From Raillietiella orientalis (Eukaryota): DNA of 64,000 bases. The notes beneath the pieces were generated by a model, which was not told the origin of the DNA, made no database searches, and was given only the letters and a program-made list of their open reading frames with translations. The position numbers were made by a program, and so were the translations under genes. Where the stretch lies: positions 2,790,001 to 2,854,000 of the forward strand of contig JAYWIR010000010.1 in NCBI GenBank assembly GCA_036172245.1. The letters run 5' to 3'. This document shows, in pieces, positions 1 through 12,121 of the stretch; position 1 is the first letter of the stretch; every line of letters begins with the position of its first letter.

Positions 1-274
1 TATATTCTTTATCATATAACATATACTTTATTTTCTTTGTACTGACCTTGACTCGAGGAAGCTTTCAGCGGAAATTTCCCGGCGAAAACCAGAGTCTCTC
101 CAGGGACACGTGGAAGCTGCGCGTCCCTGGAATTTCCTGGGTAGGGTTCCATTTTTCCGAAAGGTATGCCGTGGTTCCCGCGACGGTTTCGGACTTTGAC
201 ATTTTCACTGGAGGCAAAGGCAAAAGCAATAGTCCGCAGGAAGCTGTGCAACGAAAAACCGTTTCAAGGAACGA

Positions 275-530
275 GCGACCAGGTGTTTGGCAGGCGACGC
301 GCGGTGCACGCGTGCCGCGCATTGTTGCGCACCGCATTCCGGGCTGCGGTTTCGTGTGACGGGGCGACCAGGTGTTTGGCAGGCGACGCGCGGTGCACGC
401 GTGCCGCGCATTGTTGCGCACCGCATTCCGGGCTGCGGTTTCGTGTGACGGGGCGACCAGGTGTTTGGCAGGCGACGCGCGGTGCACACGTGCCGCGCAT
501 TGTTGCGCACCCCATTCCGGGCTGCGGTTT
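275..530. repeat. 89-bp GC/CpG-rich tandem repeat, about 3 near-identical copies
   Basis: The anchor AGGTGTTTGG recurs at 281, 370 and 459 (period 89). The unit contains a GCGCGG...CCGCGC stem and a CACGCGTG palindrome. Confidence 0.95.
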
Positions 531-3299
531 TCGCTCCCGGTCGGTCTGTTGGAGAACAGCCTTCTCAGCTGTCGGGAAGTTGAACTTTGTGGAAGCGGGG
601 AAATTCGGCTTGCCGAAACTTTGGCGCGGAGGAAGGGGGGAGGAGGGGGGGATGTTTTCGGATTCCGGGCCCTCTCAATTTTTGCCATTTTTTCATACGA
701 CGTAATTTGTGACGAAGCTAACGGCGAATTTTGTGTGTTTTTGTGTGGCGGTGATCAAATTATCAGTATGGCCTCTGGTTCGATGGTCGTAACTACCACC
801 GTCTCTTTCAAGAGTTGACCACGACAGAAGAACAGAGAAAAAAAAATCCCCCCCCCCTTTTTCCTCCCCTCACGAAAAGCTGTCAGGAGGGAAAGCTTTT
901 TCGGACAGATTCTGCCATAGATTTCGTGGTCTCCGAGGCAACCAAGCAGCCCGTTTCGGAAATCATCATCGCCGATGGAACCGATTCCCTCCCAATAGCA
1001 AAAGAACCCCTTCGAGGAGATGAGAGTCTCGCAGCCTCTTCAGATGAGACGTGATAAATCTCTCAAGCAGTCGTCGGAGGAATCCCTGAGTTCGGCGAAC
1101 CTGCGACAGAAAGGCTTTGCCGCTGCCATTCGCTGATTCTCACCAGGAATTCAGATGAGGGCAGCGATCAGCATCTCTCACGGGAGAGCTGGATTCGTTC
1201 TTTGCCTCATCCGAAAAGCACTCATCGTCAGAGCGGAAAGAGAGGATGTGTGGGGGGGGGGGAGTTTATTTTTTCCACAGTGAGGACAGAGTTAAGATGT
1301 AGAGCGGGAACGAAGTTCCCGCCAAATTCCTCACCGGTTCCGGCCTCAGTCCGCATCGTGCAGGAGGGTTAGTCTGGACGCGCAAAGGAAAGGTAGGAAG
1401 AAGCCATCGGTCTCCAAGCCTTCACGCTCTCGGCGGGAGTCTCTCGCAGGCTGGTGGAGGTGGGGCCGCTTCCTCAACCTCCACAGCATCGAGCCAACTA
1501 AGGGCATGGCCTCGCGATTCCGCTGGTCCTTCTCCATCCCAGGCGCGGCCAACGCGGTTTCAAGAACGAGGCTCGGAGTCGTCATGGCTGTGGGCAACTC
1601 TCCTGAGGGAGTGAAGACCCCCCTGGAGCGCCCTTGGGTCATCCGAGGCGAGCGACACCTGATGTATGTCTGAGAGAGAGAGAGAGAGATTGCCCACCGC
1701 ACAGGGATCTCCAGCACAAGAGGAGCGTGCTGAGGTCTCAAAGGGAAGTCGCGCAGAACCGCTGCCGCGCGAAAGCGAGGCGTGAGGGAAGGGAACGAGT
1801 GACCCTCGAGACCTGGAAGCCTCGTCAGCGCCCTCACGCAGCCATCCACGGCAGGGTAGTCGCGACGGCCAGCTGAGGACCCTCTCCGCCGGCGCCGCCG
1901 AGAAGGCGCTCGGATGCTTCTGCTTGGGGAAGACACGTCGCGCCAACCCGAACGGCCGGCCACCCTACTCCCTCTCCCGGAGGGGGTCCCGCCTGCTACC
2001 GAGGGCTTGGGCGCTTCATTGGAAAGGAGCGGGAGCGTCCCAACCCTGCAGCGAAACAGCTTCATTTCATCTCGTCTTGTAGTCGGGCACCCCCCTCGCG
2101 CTTTTCCTCGGACTCCCCGATGTCCCACGGCACGCCCCACACGTCGGTAAATGGCGGGCTATCTTCCCGCCGAAGGGAGGGAGCGGCTGACCTGCTGACA
2201 GCTCCTCCGGCTCCCAGGAACAGAACAAATCAGGTTTCTGCAGAAAGCATTAGCATCGGGAAATGGCGTTCCCACATTCTGCTTATCAAGTGGGCAAAGA
2301 CTCCTCCGGATAACGAATGGATGAATGTGAATGAAAAATCAATCTTGAGAGGCAGAGAGGGAGCGTGCGGGAGAGGAAGGGGGGGGATCCGCCTCCTCCT
2401 GAAGGCCTGACGCTGAAGTGAGGCTTCAACAGTGCCCGCTGTCTTTCCTTACGGGTAACAAAGCCGCTCTTCTCATCCTGCGCCTTTAAAGTGGCGGGGA
2501 AGGAGGCGAATAAGAGAAGATTTCATTCCGTCTCAGGTGTGAGCTGGAGGTCCCTCCCGACCGGAAAAAGCGGAGCGAAAATACGCGCACCTCGCTGAGA
2601 TAGGAGAGAAAACTTTCGATTTCAGCAGCTACCATTTTTTTATGTGTGTGTGCACGTACACTCCCGTTTATTTACTGAGCTTCACTCTTCTCCGTACACG
2701 ACCCGAGGTCTTTCCTGAGTCGCAGCCGGCTTGCATTTCGCGAAATTCGGATAGCCTGCGGCCTCGATTTTCTTTCCCCACTTCCATCTTCCCGCATTGC
2801 AATCCTCGTCGCAAGCAACGGTTCCGATGGCAGGCCTCCAGCGTCCCGACTCCCGGATTGGGAATCCGACCCGCGCATTCGGTTCCCTCGTCATGTTACC
2901 GATCTGACCCTCTGGATGACGAGTCTGCGGCTCGCCGAGCACCCGCTTCCCTTCCCGGTTTCCATCGGAAATGCGCACGTGACTATTCTTCAAAGACGCA
3001 GCGTCCGAAAGGTTTTGGATGGGATCTCGACGCTCCTGCATTGCGCAAGGACCATTCGAGTGAATGACCATGGCGTTGCCCTCCGCGCGGTTTTGGCTAC
3101 TCGCTCAGCGAAGGAGTTCTCCGCACTCAGTTCGGGCAAAAGGAGATTTTGATGAAAGACTAATTACAGACTGGGGTCTTTAGGCCAGTTCGATCAACAG
3201 TGGTCCCCGGAACAGCATCACCTCTGCTCGAATGGATTTTTACCGTTTGGGAGCTCCAGGGCGAGGGGTGAGTCATTACATCCGACGCCTCCTGCCCTC

Positions 3300-4130
3300 T
3301 TGAGAACTCGGTGACTGCCTCGGGGGGACGTGAGACAGAGAAAGGAAAGTAAACAAAGTACCGGGAGGAGGTGAGTGAACCGGTCCTTCGCCTCTCCTCC
3401 AGAAGGGCAAGGAGGCTTCAGAGACGTCCAAGGAAGTCTCGGTTTCGTCGTGGTTCCGTCGGGAGCCCAGAATCAAAGGGGCGACGAGGTGCTAGAAGAA
3501 CTGAAGGCCCTTCTGAGCCGAGGAGGAGGAGCAGTGTGTTCGAGCATACGGCTCTCGAGAAATACACATCGGATGCATCGTCTGAACCTCTGGTAATGGT
3601 AAGCAATCCCTCGAATACCGCAGGATCGTCTGGAGAACTGGATGGATAGGATGGACCAGAAATGGGAATGATGAAGGGGAAGGAGGGGGAGATTCGATTG
3701 CTTTCACTCGTTCTCCAGGTCTCTGAATCCTCTGGGATAGCCGGATCTGATAGCAAAGCTCGTCATCTATCCAGAAGATGTCCGTGAAGTTGAATTTTCA
3801 CGGTTTACAAGGGACCAGGGTGACCTATAGGCGGGTCACTGGAGCCCAAAGGATGCAATCGAGACCGAAGCAAACAGTCCCAAGTGTGGCCTGGGAAAGA
3901 CGGTGATGCGAGTCCCTTCCGATTTGAAAGAGAAACGGCGTCTAACCTGAAGATAATTCTTGTCTTTGAGGTACTGGTAGTTCTTCGGTTGGAGTTTTAC
4001 AAGAAGCACATGAAACCTCGGACTTCTTGAACGGATGAGGTCCACTGTTTCGTCCTGAGACAGGATGGCATTCCATTTAGAACCAAAGACAAGCGCGAAC
4101 CAATTTTCTCTTCCAGCTAATCAAACCGTC
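3300..4130 (-). mobile_element. Possible decayed LINE ORF1 (gag-like) fragment
   Basis: Broken reading frames (MDLIRSRSPRFHVLLVKLQPKNY...ITVFPRP) followed by an S/P-rich stretch, next to LINE 3' ends. The resemblance is only by eye. Confidence 0.25.
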
Positions 4131-4299
4131 CCACTTCCGGGAAAGTGGTTCTGCGCGAAGATGAGTTCGAACCAGGCTCAAAGGGACCCATCTTGCGGAT
4201 CTGACGGATTAGCTGCTACCAACAAACGGTTACATTCAGGCAAGGGAGGAGGTGACATGCACTAGTGACAACGGAAAAAAACTTCTACATGCGTGAACT

Positions 4300-5093
4300 C
4301 GGGAGCTTGCTGCCACCCCGAGTGCCCTTGCAAAAGGACTGCTACACTGGGGAGAGCTGCTACAAATTCCTCCGGAGGAGGTGAAGTGGCTTCCAGCGTG
4401 TTGGAACAGTGCTATCCTCCCCCCCAAGTGGCAGGAGACGGCGACACCGCTGTTGCATTGGAGCCTCCCGTGCAACGTCCGCCGACACTATTGGACCCGG
4501 GAAAATGTAAGCTCAGACTGCAAGAGGTGTGACGAAAGAGAGTCCCTCTCACACCTGCCCATGGATTACGTTGTTCCCCGCCCCCTGGGGGAACACTTTC
4601 CACTGCAGAATCCCAAGGGCAACCCCAGAGACATTCTGAAGCGCCTCTTTCAGCGCGATGCCCTCACGCTGGTCGTATTCCTAGCAGCACTCTGATGCCT
4701 CCGCGAAATCGTGGCTGCATGGAGCAACAACGCAAGAGAAGGCCAAAATGATAGGGACGCCATCTACTTTGCCGTCCTGTTCATGAGTATAGCGTCAAGA
4801 TGGGATCCTAAAACAGGAACTTGCCGGCATCCGGCATCCTGGCGAGGATACATAGGACGCCCTCCAGCACCCGGTGATCCCTTCCCGAAACCTCCCAATT
4901 TTTTTTCTTTTCTTTTTCTTTTTTTCTGTTTCTCCCTTCCCCTCTGCTGCAGAGGCAAACCTCGTCGGCCTGAGCGCCGGTTCTCGGCAGGCTCCCATGG
5001 TTACATTTGTAAGGTGGCAGGACCAAGCGTCCTTTCACTGACTTGTACGTTTATTTTTATAAGTAAACTCCCCAGAGCGACCGGGTATCAATC
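4300..5093 (+). mobile_element. Decayed L1/Tx1-like non-LTR retrotransposon 3' end (zf-RVT region plus 3'UTR)
   Basis: Translation LPPKWQE..LLHWSLPCNVRRHYW..CKRCDERESLSHL. Homologous to the copies at 5.8-6.5, 12.1-12.8 and 61.3-62.1 kb. T-rich 3'UTR and terminal CCCCAG..CCGGGT..AATC. Confidence 0.75.
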
Positions 5094-5829
5094 CAAACGG
5101 TTCCATCTGTTCCGATCTGAACGCCAGGATGAAAACCGATGAGAATCGAGCAGCAAGTGTTCCAACAGATGACTCTAAGGAGATGTCATCCCAGCACCTG
5201 GAGGGAGGTCTCGTCTCAAGGAGCAGCGGAGCGGGAGCAAAAATTGCAGCTGACAGTAACAGTTCTTGACTGGCGCGTCAGTTCGACCAGGAGAGTCATG
5301 CGCGCCATCAGATCGCATTCCTTGCGCTGGCAGAGGAGATCGGAAGAGTCCTTCTTCCCTCGGTTGCTGTCTTCCACTATGCCACCGAAGAGTCAGAGAG
5401 AGAAATAGTGCCTCAGAAGAGCAAAAAGGAACTCTGGTCAAGCAGCAGCAGTCTGAACGCCTCATTCTGCACATGGGGTAGCGGCAAGAACCCCTGCAAT
5501 CCTCTGATCATTCACTAAAAATGGAAAGCAGGAAAGCGAAAGTTATTTTTAGAGAAATTCGCGACCTTAGAGCTTATGTGTACACGCGTAGTACCGAAAA
5601 CTGATTTCATCTGACAGTTCCCATTTCAGACTTCTCTCTTCCTCCTCCTCCGCCTTTCCTTTCGATCCACCTCCGTTAATGCATTCTGCCTGCGCTTGGC
5701 TGGTGACAGGTCCATCTTCTGTGTCCGCCTAGGGGTCGCAGTCACACGAAGAGAAACTGCCTTCCTTTTCTGCTCTCACCGAGAAATGGCAGATGATCAG
5801 CGATTGATGGTGGTGAGAAGACTTGGCAT

Positions 5830-6497
5830 GATTCTCACCCGGTTATGCCGGGGCATTTATTACTTAAAGTGATAAACATACATGTTGTGCACAAGGAACC
5901 TGCCGAGGACCGGTACGCAGACCGGCGAGGTCCGCCTCGGCAGCATAGGGGATGGGAAAACAAAAACAAAAGATTAAACAAAGAAAATAGAGTAGGGGAA
6001 TTCATGCACAGGGAGGGGGGGAGTCGAGGAAGGGATCACGGTATGCTACCAGGCGACTCCGGCAGGATGCTGGCAATTTCTATCCGGATAGTGCCTAGAT
6101 GAGGCCATCTCGAGGAGGTCCTCAGGAATATTTGCGTCCAGTGAATGGCGCTCCTGCCATTCCGACCTCTTCTTCCCGCGTTTCAGGCTGCCACATTCCG
6201 CGGATACAGGAGGAAGAAACTGCTAGGGACCCGGCTGGCGGCAGAGCGGCACGCGCGAAGAGGCGTTTCCAAATGTCCCTGGGCCGCCTTTTGGGGTTCC
6301 TAGGATCGTCGCGAGGAGATTCCAAAGGGATCGGAGGGCAGCACAGTCCAACAGCAGGTGTGGGTGGGTCTCCTTCTTCCTGCACCTGTCGCACTGAGCG
6401 TCCACCCCTCTCCCCCATGTCCAGTGGTGAAGGCGCGCTTTGCATAGGATTCCCCCCAATGAGACACCAGCAACGCTGACGCCTGCCACTTGAGGGG
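5830..6497 (-). mobile_element. 5'-truncated L1/Tx1-like LINE copy flanked by a direct repeat
   Basis: CDRCRKKETHPHLLLDC zinc-binding motif; 3'UTR similar to 4920-5093; GACTTGGCATGA at 5820-5831 and 6498-6509. Confidence 0.8.
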
Positions 6498-9400
6498 GAC
6501 TTGGCATGATTATCACCCGGTTGTGTCGGGACTTGGCATGACGGAGGCAGTTATAGCTCTTCAGCTGCTGTCCATTGCGTGGTTAGCTGCTGCTGCCTAA
6601 TCGAATTTGAAAGCGCGATCGCGTGGTCCTGCTTCTGTACCGCGGCGATCGAGTCGGCTTACGAAAATGGGACCCAATGCTTCTGACGTCGAAAAGGTTC
6701 GGTTACACTCCGGAAGGAGTCCAGACATCTTTCCTTCTAGCTTGCCTGAACGGAAGCAAATTTCGTAGCCTCCCTAGCTTCGAAATTCACGTCTCGGATA
6801 GAAAACAGTGCGATATCAACCCATGCAACCAACATTCAGCGCTCACCTCTGAAGCAAGGGATGGACACTCACTGGAGCAAGGAATGGATGGCTGTCATCT
6901 GTCGAAGATAAATGTCTGGCCTTCCCACAGACAGTAGTGGCGGTGAAGATCTTGAATTCGTCGTCCTCTGATGCAATTGCTCCATTGTCTCCAGCTTGGA
7001 TTCGATGATTTCATCACCGCAGTAAGAAAACGAGAAGAGTGAAAGGCCGAAGCACCGTTCCCATGAATTCCTCTACTGAGGAATTTTTTTCTTCTTCAAT
7101 GTCAGCTACGATATCTTTCAGCGACTCTCCCCTTCCTCCTCAAGCCACTGTGTAGAAAGCTGGCAGGTGAACCCAGCATACTTTTTTTTTTCTTCTTTTC
7201 TCTCCAGGATTTTTACCCTTGCGGAGACAGAAAACTTGTCAAACGAGGTGAGGCGCTTTCGTTTCGTCAGACTCCAAGCTTAAGCCAACTTTCCGAAGTC
7301 GCCCTTGCCGACCTGTGATAACTTTATCTCAGTGTATGTAATCTATTCGGTTTGCTCAAATTGGGTTCGAATGAAGATAAGAATGAAATCATCGATGGAA
7401 ATTTCCTAGAAATTTTGCACCAGAGAGAGTTCACGTCACGGTCGTGCCTGTGTTTAGCAAGACCTGGCGAACATTCGACTCAGCAGTGGAAAAACGGTCC
7501 AGAGCTTGGAACTTGCGTTTTCGGAGAGCGATTCTCGCGATCGGGATAGCCGCCACCTACATGATTTACTGCAACTTCAGCTAAATGCGCTTCTCACTTC
7601 AGTTGATCCTGGGCAGCTTTGAACCCATTGCTGCCGTTTCTGCGATCCCTGCCGTGTCCGTCAACATTCATTTTTCCTTTGCTTTTTTCTTCTTCTTGTA
7701 TTTTTTCTCCCCCCTTGTAACGAAGTGATTGCACATATTCTTCTTCAAATTCATAAAAGCATCGATTACTCCTCCCCTAATATCTGCGATACGTGGCCGC
7801 ATCACGCACGAACGCTGCTGTCCTATCTTTCCCAGATTAAGGTTCTCTGGAACGTCGACAGATTATGCCCTTCGCACGGGGGGAATTTGATCGAAGCTGG
7901 TTATTTGGGGCGCATGTGTTTGGTCCACTTTTTTCGCGCGTTTGTTTACCTTTTTTTTTTTTTTCTTTTTTCTTTTTTTTTTTTCCGGCACCGCCGCAGA
8001 AGCGCGCCAAGACGGGGGCACTCGAAACGACCGGCAAAATACGAGCAGAGCTTCGCGTTACCCTTCTCTGGCATTTGTTGACCACTGCGAATTCGCATCC
8101 CTTCGCGACAGGCCTTCGTCCGAGCTTTTCCGATTTCAAAAAGAAATAAATACCAATCCGCATAATAGTCCTCGTGGTAACATCGGAAGTTACGAGTGTG
8201 GCGTCGCCTTGGAGAGCGTTCTGCGCAGCCTGGAAACGGGTGACAACTGAATGCGGGCACACATCCAGGACCATTTTTCATGAAGAAACCCCACCTGAGG
8301 TCATTTCAAACTCGAGAGACCATCTTACGGAAAATTGCATCACGGCATGAATCTCTCCGATGGATCGAAAGCTACCCGAGCAAGAATTTGGTCTCGCAGC
8401 CTCCCGTATTTATTTTAAGGGAATCTGTACCTCAAATACCACGGATTCTTATCGTTCTGTATGAATCCGTTAGGACCTGCCTTCCCTTGCAGACTTTTAT
8501 CATTTACATTATCAAAGAGCAATAAATCAAGTCGAACTGCCTCAAGCATCCGATTTCCTATGTAAGGGTTACCAGATATTCTTAATATTTTTTGAAATAA
8601 ACGCAAAAGGAAAGTTAGATAACGATGTAAGACACGAGAGGAGCCGCAAGATTGATGACGCTGCTACAGGCATGGATGAGGATTTTACTTTTTCTTTTCT
8701 TTACCTCCTTATGAATGATGCTAATCGACTAATATCAAAACTCTCCTCCATGTGGGTAGCTTCTAATTGTCTCCGGAAAAAAAACATTAGAATTAAATTA
8801 AATACTGCAACCAGTGCTCTGATTCCACAGTTTTCTTATGAACCAGAGTTGTTGCTGTTGTTTTTTTTATCAACTTTGAACGAGTCGTTTGAATTCGAAA
8901 AACAAAATAATAACGAGTGAATTGATTAATAAATATTCATAATGAACTTTTGCGAAAATGGCGGCATGCTGAATCTTAATCTTTGATGCTGCATGATATT
9001 TCCCGCCAAAATCCATTCTAAAGATATATATATATATCGGAGCTGCCTTCTATTAAAGCAAGTAAGAAAAAAATAAAAAGACTTTAAATAACTAATTTAG
9101 CGCTATTACTTTTGAATATTTGTTATTGAAATTTCTGGTTGGTAGCATACATTTCTGTTGAAGATGTTACAGGTTGAAAACCACTTTGCAGTCTTCTTTT
9201 CTCTCCTTTTCCTCTCATCAAATAAGCTTAAACTGCCACAGAAAGCGAAGATTCCGATGTACAATGCGTAGTGTACAACGTGCGTAGGCAAGCACGGTTT
9301 CAAAGTTTACTGGTTTTTCCATATAACTTGCAAACTCATGATGAAATAGCCAGAAGGGATCAAAGATCGACTGGCTGCTGATTTTATTATCAGCTGATCG

Positions 9401-10789
9401 GCAATCTCCTTCGCCGTCATCTGAATACATGAAACACCATTTAAAGTACGTGGCATGCATTTGCGGACGCACCTTGTACTTGGCGTGGGGTGTTGCCTTG
9501 GTTCCGTCGGCTCTTCCGAAGAGAACGAGAACGCTCTCGAGAGGAGCGCGAATCCCTCCACGGCAACGTCCCCTTCCTTCTTCCGCATAGGCATTAGCGT
9601 GGACCACTGATTCATCATCATATTTGTCGAGAGAAACTCGGCAAACACGCGACTGTGATGTGATGCTAAAACACACATCCGCACCATTATCACTTCTCTC
9701 CAGGAGCTTTTCCCACGTTCGCATTATTTCTGCGCACGCTCACGCAAACGTCATATGTGAGTGGCGCTAAAAAGATTTGCCACGTGCCCGGATTCCCAGT
9801 GATCCCGTTTATCATTTCATTTTGTGTGAACTATGAATATATACATATATATTTACAAGTTTAGTCCCACCTTCTCTTCCCGCATCAGGGCTGCGGTGGA
9901 AAAAAAAAGATAGATTTTCTGTACCGTACTTTTCCCCTTTCGGTTGTTTCCTTTTGTTTTGTTTCGCGCTCAGACGTTTGCTCCCAGGCCTCGTTTGCTC
10001 TGGTGTTCTTGTTCACACTGTTCACGCACTGTTTACTCGAGAAGGTGAGCTCGTGCGCCCCCGAAGAACGTCCCAGAGGAATCCGGTCTCAAAGGGAAAG
10101 GCATTCCAGAGTCCCGTGTGTAGGCGGGATCAAATCCGTGTTTCCGGGCTACTGCTCGCTGCACAACCGGCCCGCGGTTGTCCACGAACGGTTGGCACCC
10201 GGCTGTCAGCAGCCAAGAGGCACACGGGCGGCTACTGCATCCCTTGCAGCCAGCAGCCGCCCGTGTCCACAGGGCGAGCCGTCAAGGAGAGAATCCTTAC
10301 TGTGAATGCCTGCCGTGAATGCCTGGTGATCGCTTTCGCTGTCCTCCCCGTCTCCACCGAAGTGAAGCACGGACGAGTAATGAATGAAAGAGTGTCAGGA
10401 GAAAATGGTGAAGCTAAACGGAAGATGCGAATAGAATGCATCTGATGTGGAGGCAAATTAAGGCATCAAACAGGCGGATGCCGTCTGGAGCGCGACTCTG
10501 CCACTCTCGCGTAGTCCACATGTGGTCCAGTCTCTTGAGCCACTTCTCCAGCATCCTAGAAGAGGCAAAGAACAAGGAAACCGGAGCGAGGCGCCGGAAA
10601 GCCTGGAAACGAGAGCGCAAAGCTCTCAAGCGAGTTTCCTTACTGCGGAGAGAACGGAGTTCTTCGGTGGAGCGACCTACTGCCTACGTCGGCGGTACAT
10701 ATACTAAAATTCAGACCTACTCGGTGTGCCTTCCAAAGAACTCGCGGTTCCTCTCCCTGTGTGCGGACACCTTCGTGTTCCCTCTGCTG

Positions 10790-11340
10790 TGAAAACAGCA
10801 GGATGTCCTGCTGTTTCTGCTCTGGGGGGATTCCAGTGCAACCAGCGCAGACACTTGGTTTCCGGGGAGTTGCCTTTCCGAACTGCTCCGGGGGCTGAGC
10901 AATGGAATCGTTTCTGCATCTCCTGCAGGACTGCATTGCCCTGGAGGACACGTGGCAGAGACTCGCTTCGGAGCTCCGTCGACCGCAGGACCCCCCCTGG
11001 CTCCGGCGCTACTTGCTGTGGCGCTTCTTCACTCTAGGAGGGCTGAAGACGAGCGCCGTGATCGCGACGATCTGTTGCATCTGGCTCCGTGGTGACAGCC
11101 TGCCATGTGTTGGAGTCACGCTCGCAACGAAAGGAGGTCACCAGCATGGCAGCCGCCTCCACGAGGACAGCTGCAAGGTGATCTCATCATCCAGAAGAAA
11201 TCATCAGTGAGATCGCCACCCATACACACCCTCTTCTGGAAAGAAAGGAACGAAGAAAACCAAAGACCCCTGTCCCTACCCTCCTGTCTTTTTTATTTAT
11301 TTATTGTCTTTCACCTCCGTTCCCTACTTTTTTAGAAGTC
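10790..11340 (+). mobile_element. Divergent LINE 3' end (zf-RVT-like)
   Basis: GGFQCNQRRH.. and ESFLHLLQDCIALEDTWQRL resemble the C-x2-C..E..H..C..W motif seen in the other copies; a T-rich tract follows. Confidence 0.55.
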
Positions 11341-12121
11341 GACTTGCGTGTCGGTGGTCATCCCTAATGAACTTCTGCTTTTTCTTTTGGAGTTTCTTCT
11401 GATGATCTCTTCTCTGATCATCCTCGGTATTCAGGGGACACTGTTGTTCTTCTGACTTGTGGGTCATTTATTTATTTTTATTTTTTTAAAATAAGCGTCC
11501 CTGCGTCACCGGGTAGAAACCTCACCGCGCAGCTCTTGGGTTCTGTTTCTTTTTCTGTGTTGCTCCTAAATAGCTCTTGGGGTCCTGCAAGCGACCACGC
11601 CCTAAAACCAGGAATGGCATTTTCATGACCTCTTCCAGATTGTCCCCACACGAGGTTCTCTTTCTTGTCCTTTTTTCTCTTCTCCATTTCTTTCCACCAC
11701 CCCCAACAGACTCCGGAAAATCCAATGACCACTTTTTGCACGAAATGGCAGCTTCGTTTCCGCATTGCTCGGGGTACAGGTTGTGGGCGTTGAAGAGCCA
11801 TGAAAGGACAGTGCAACCATGCTTTCGACCCCCCCCCCCTCCTTTCCTTCACCTTCTTCACGCCTGGCACTCCCCTGCCCCCTCTTTGATGGCACCCAGA
11901 GAATTTTCAGAGGCCAAAGTCCTCTTTCTCTTCACTTCCACAGAAAGTCTCGGGGACGTAGCGATCCGCCGTGGGGAATGTTGGCCACGGATGGTGCATC
12001 GCCTGCGCGCTGCCTCTCTTCCCGAAGGTTTTGGTCAAACGATTGTTATTGCCTCGAGAAGCTCAGGTGAAGAGTCATGAAAGTCATGTGACTGTGCGCT
12101 CGCTTCACAAGTAATGGGGAG

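Noticed and set aside
275..530. CRISPR array
   Set aside because: The units are contiguous and identical with no unique spacers, the context is eukaryotic, and there are no cas genes.
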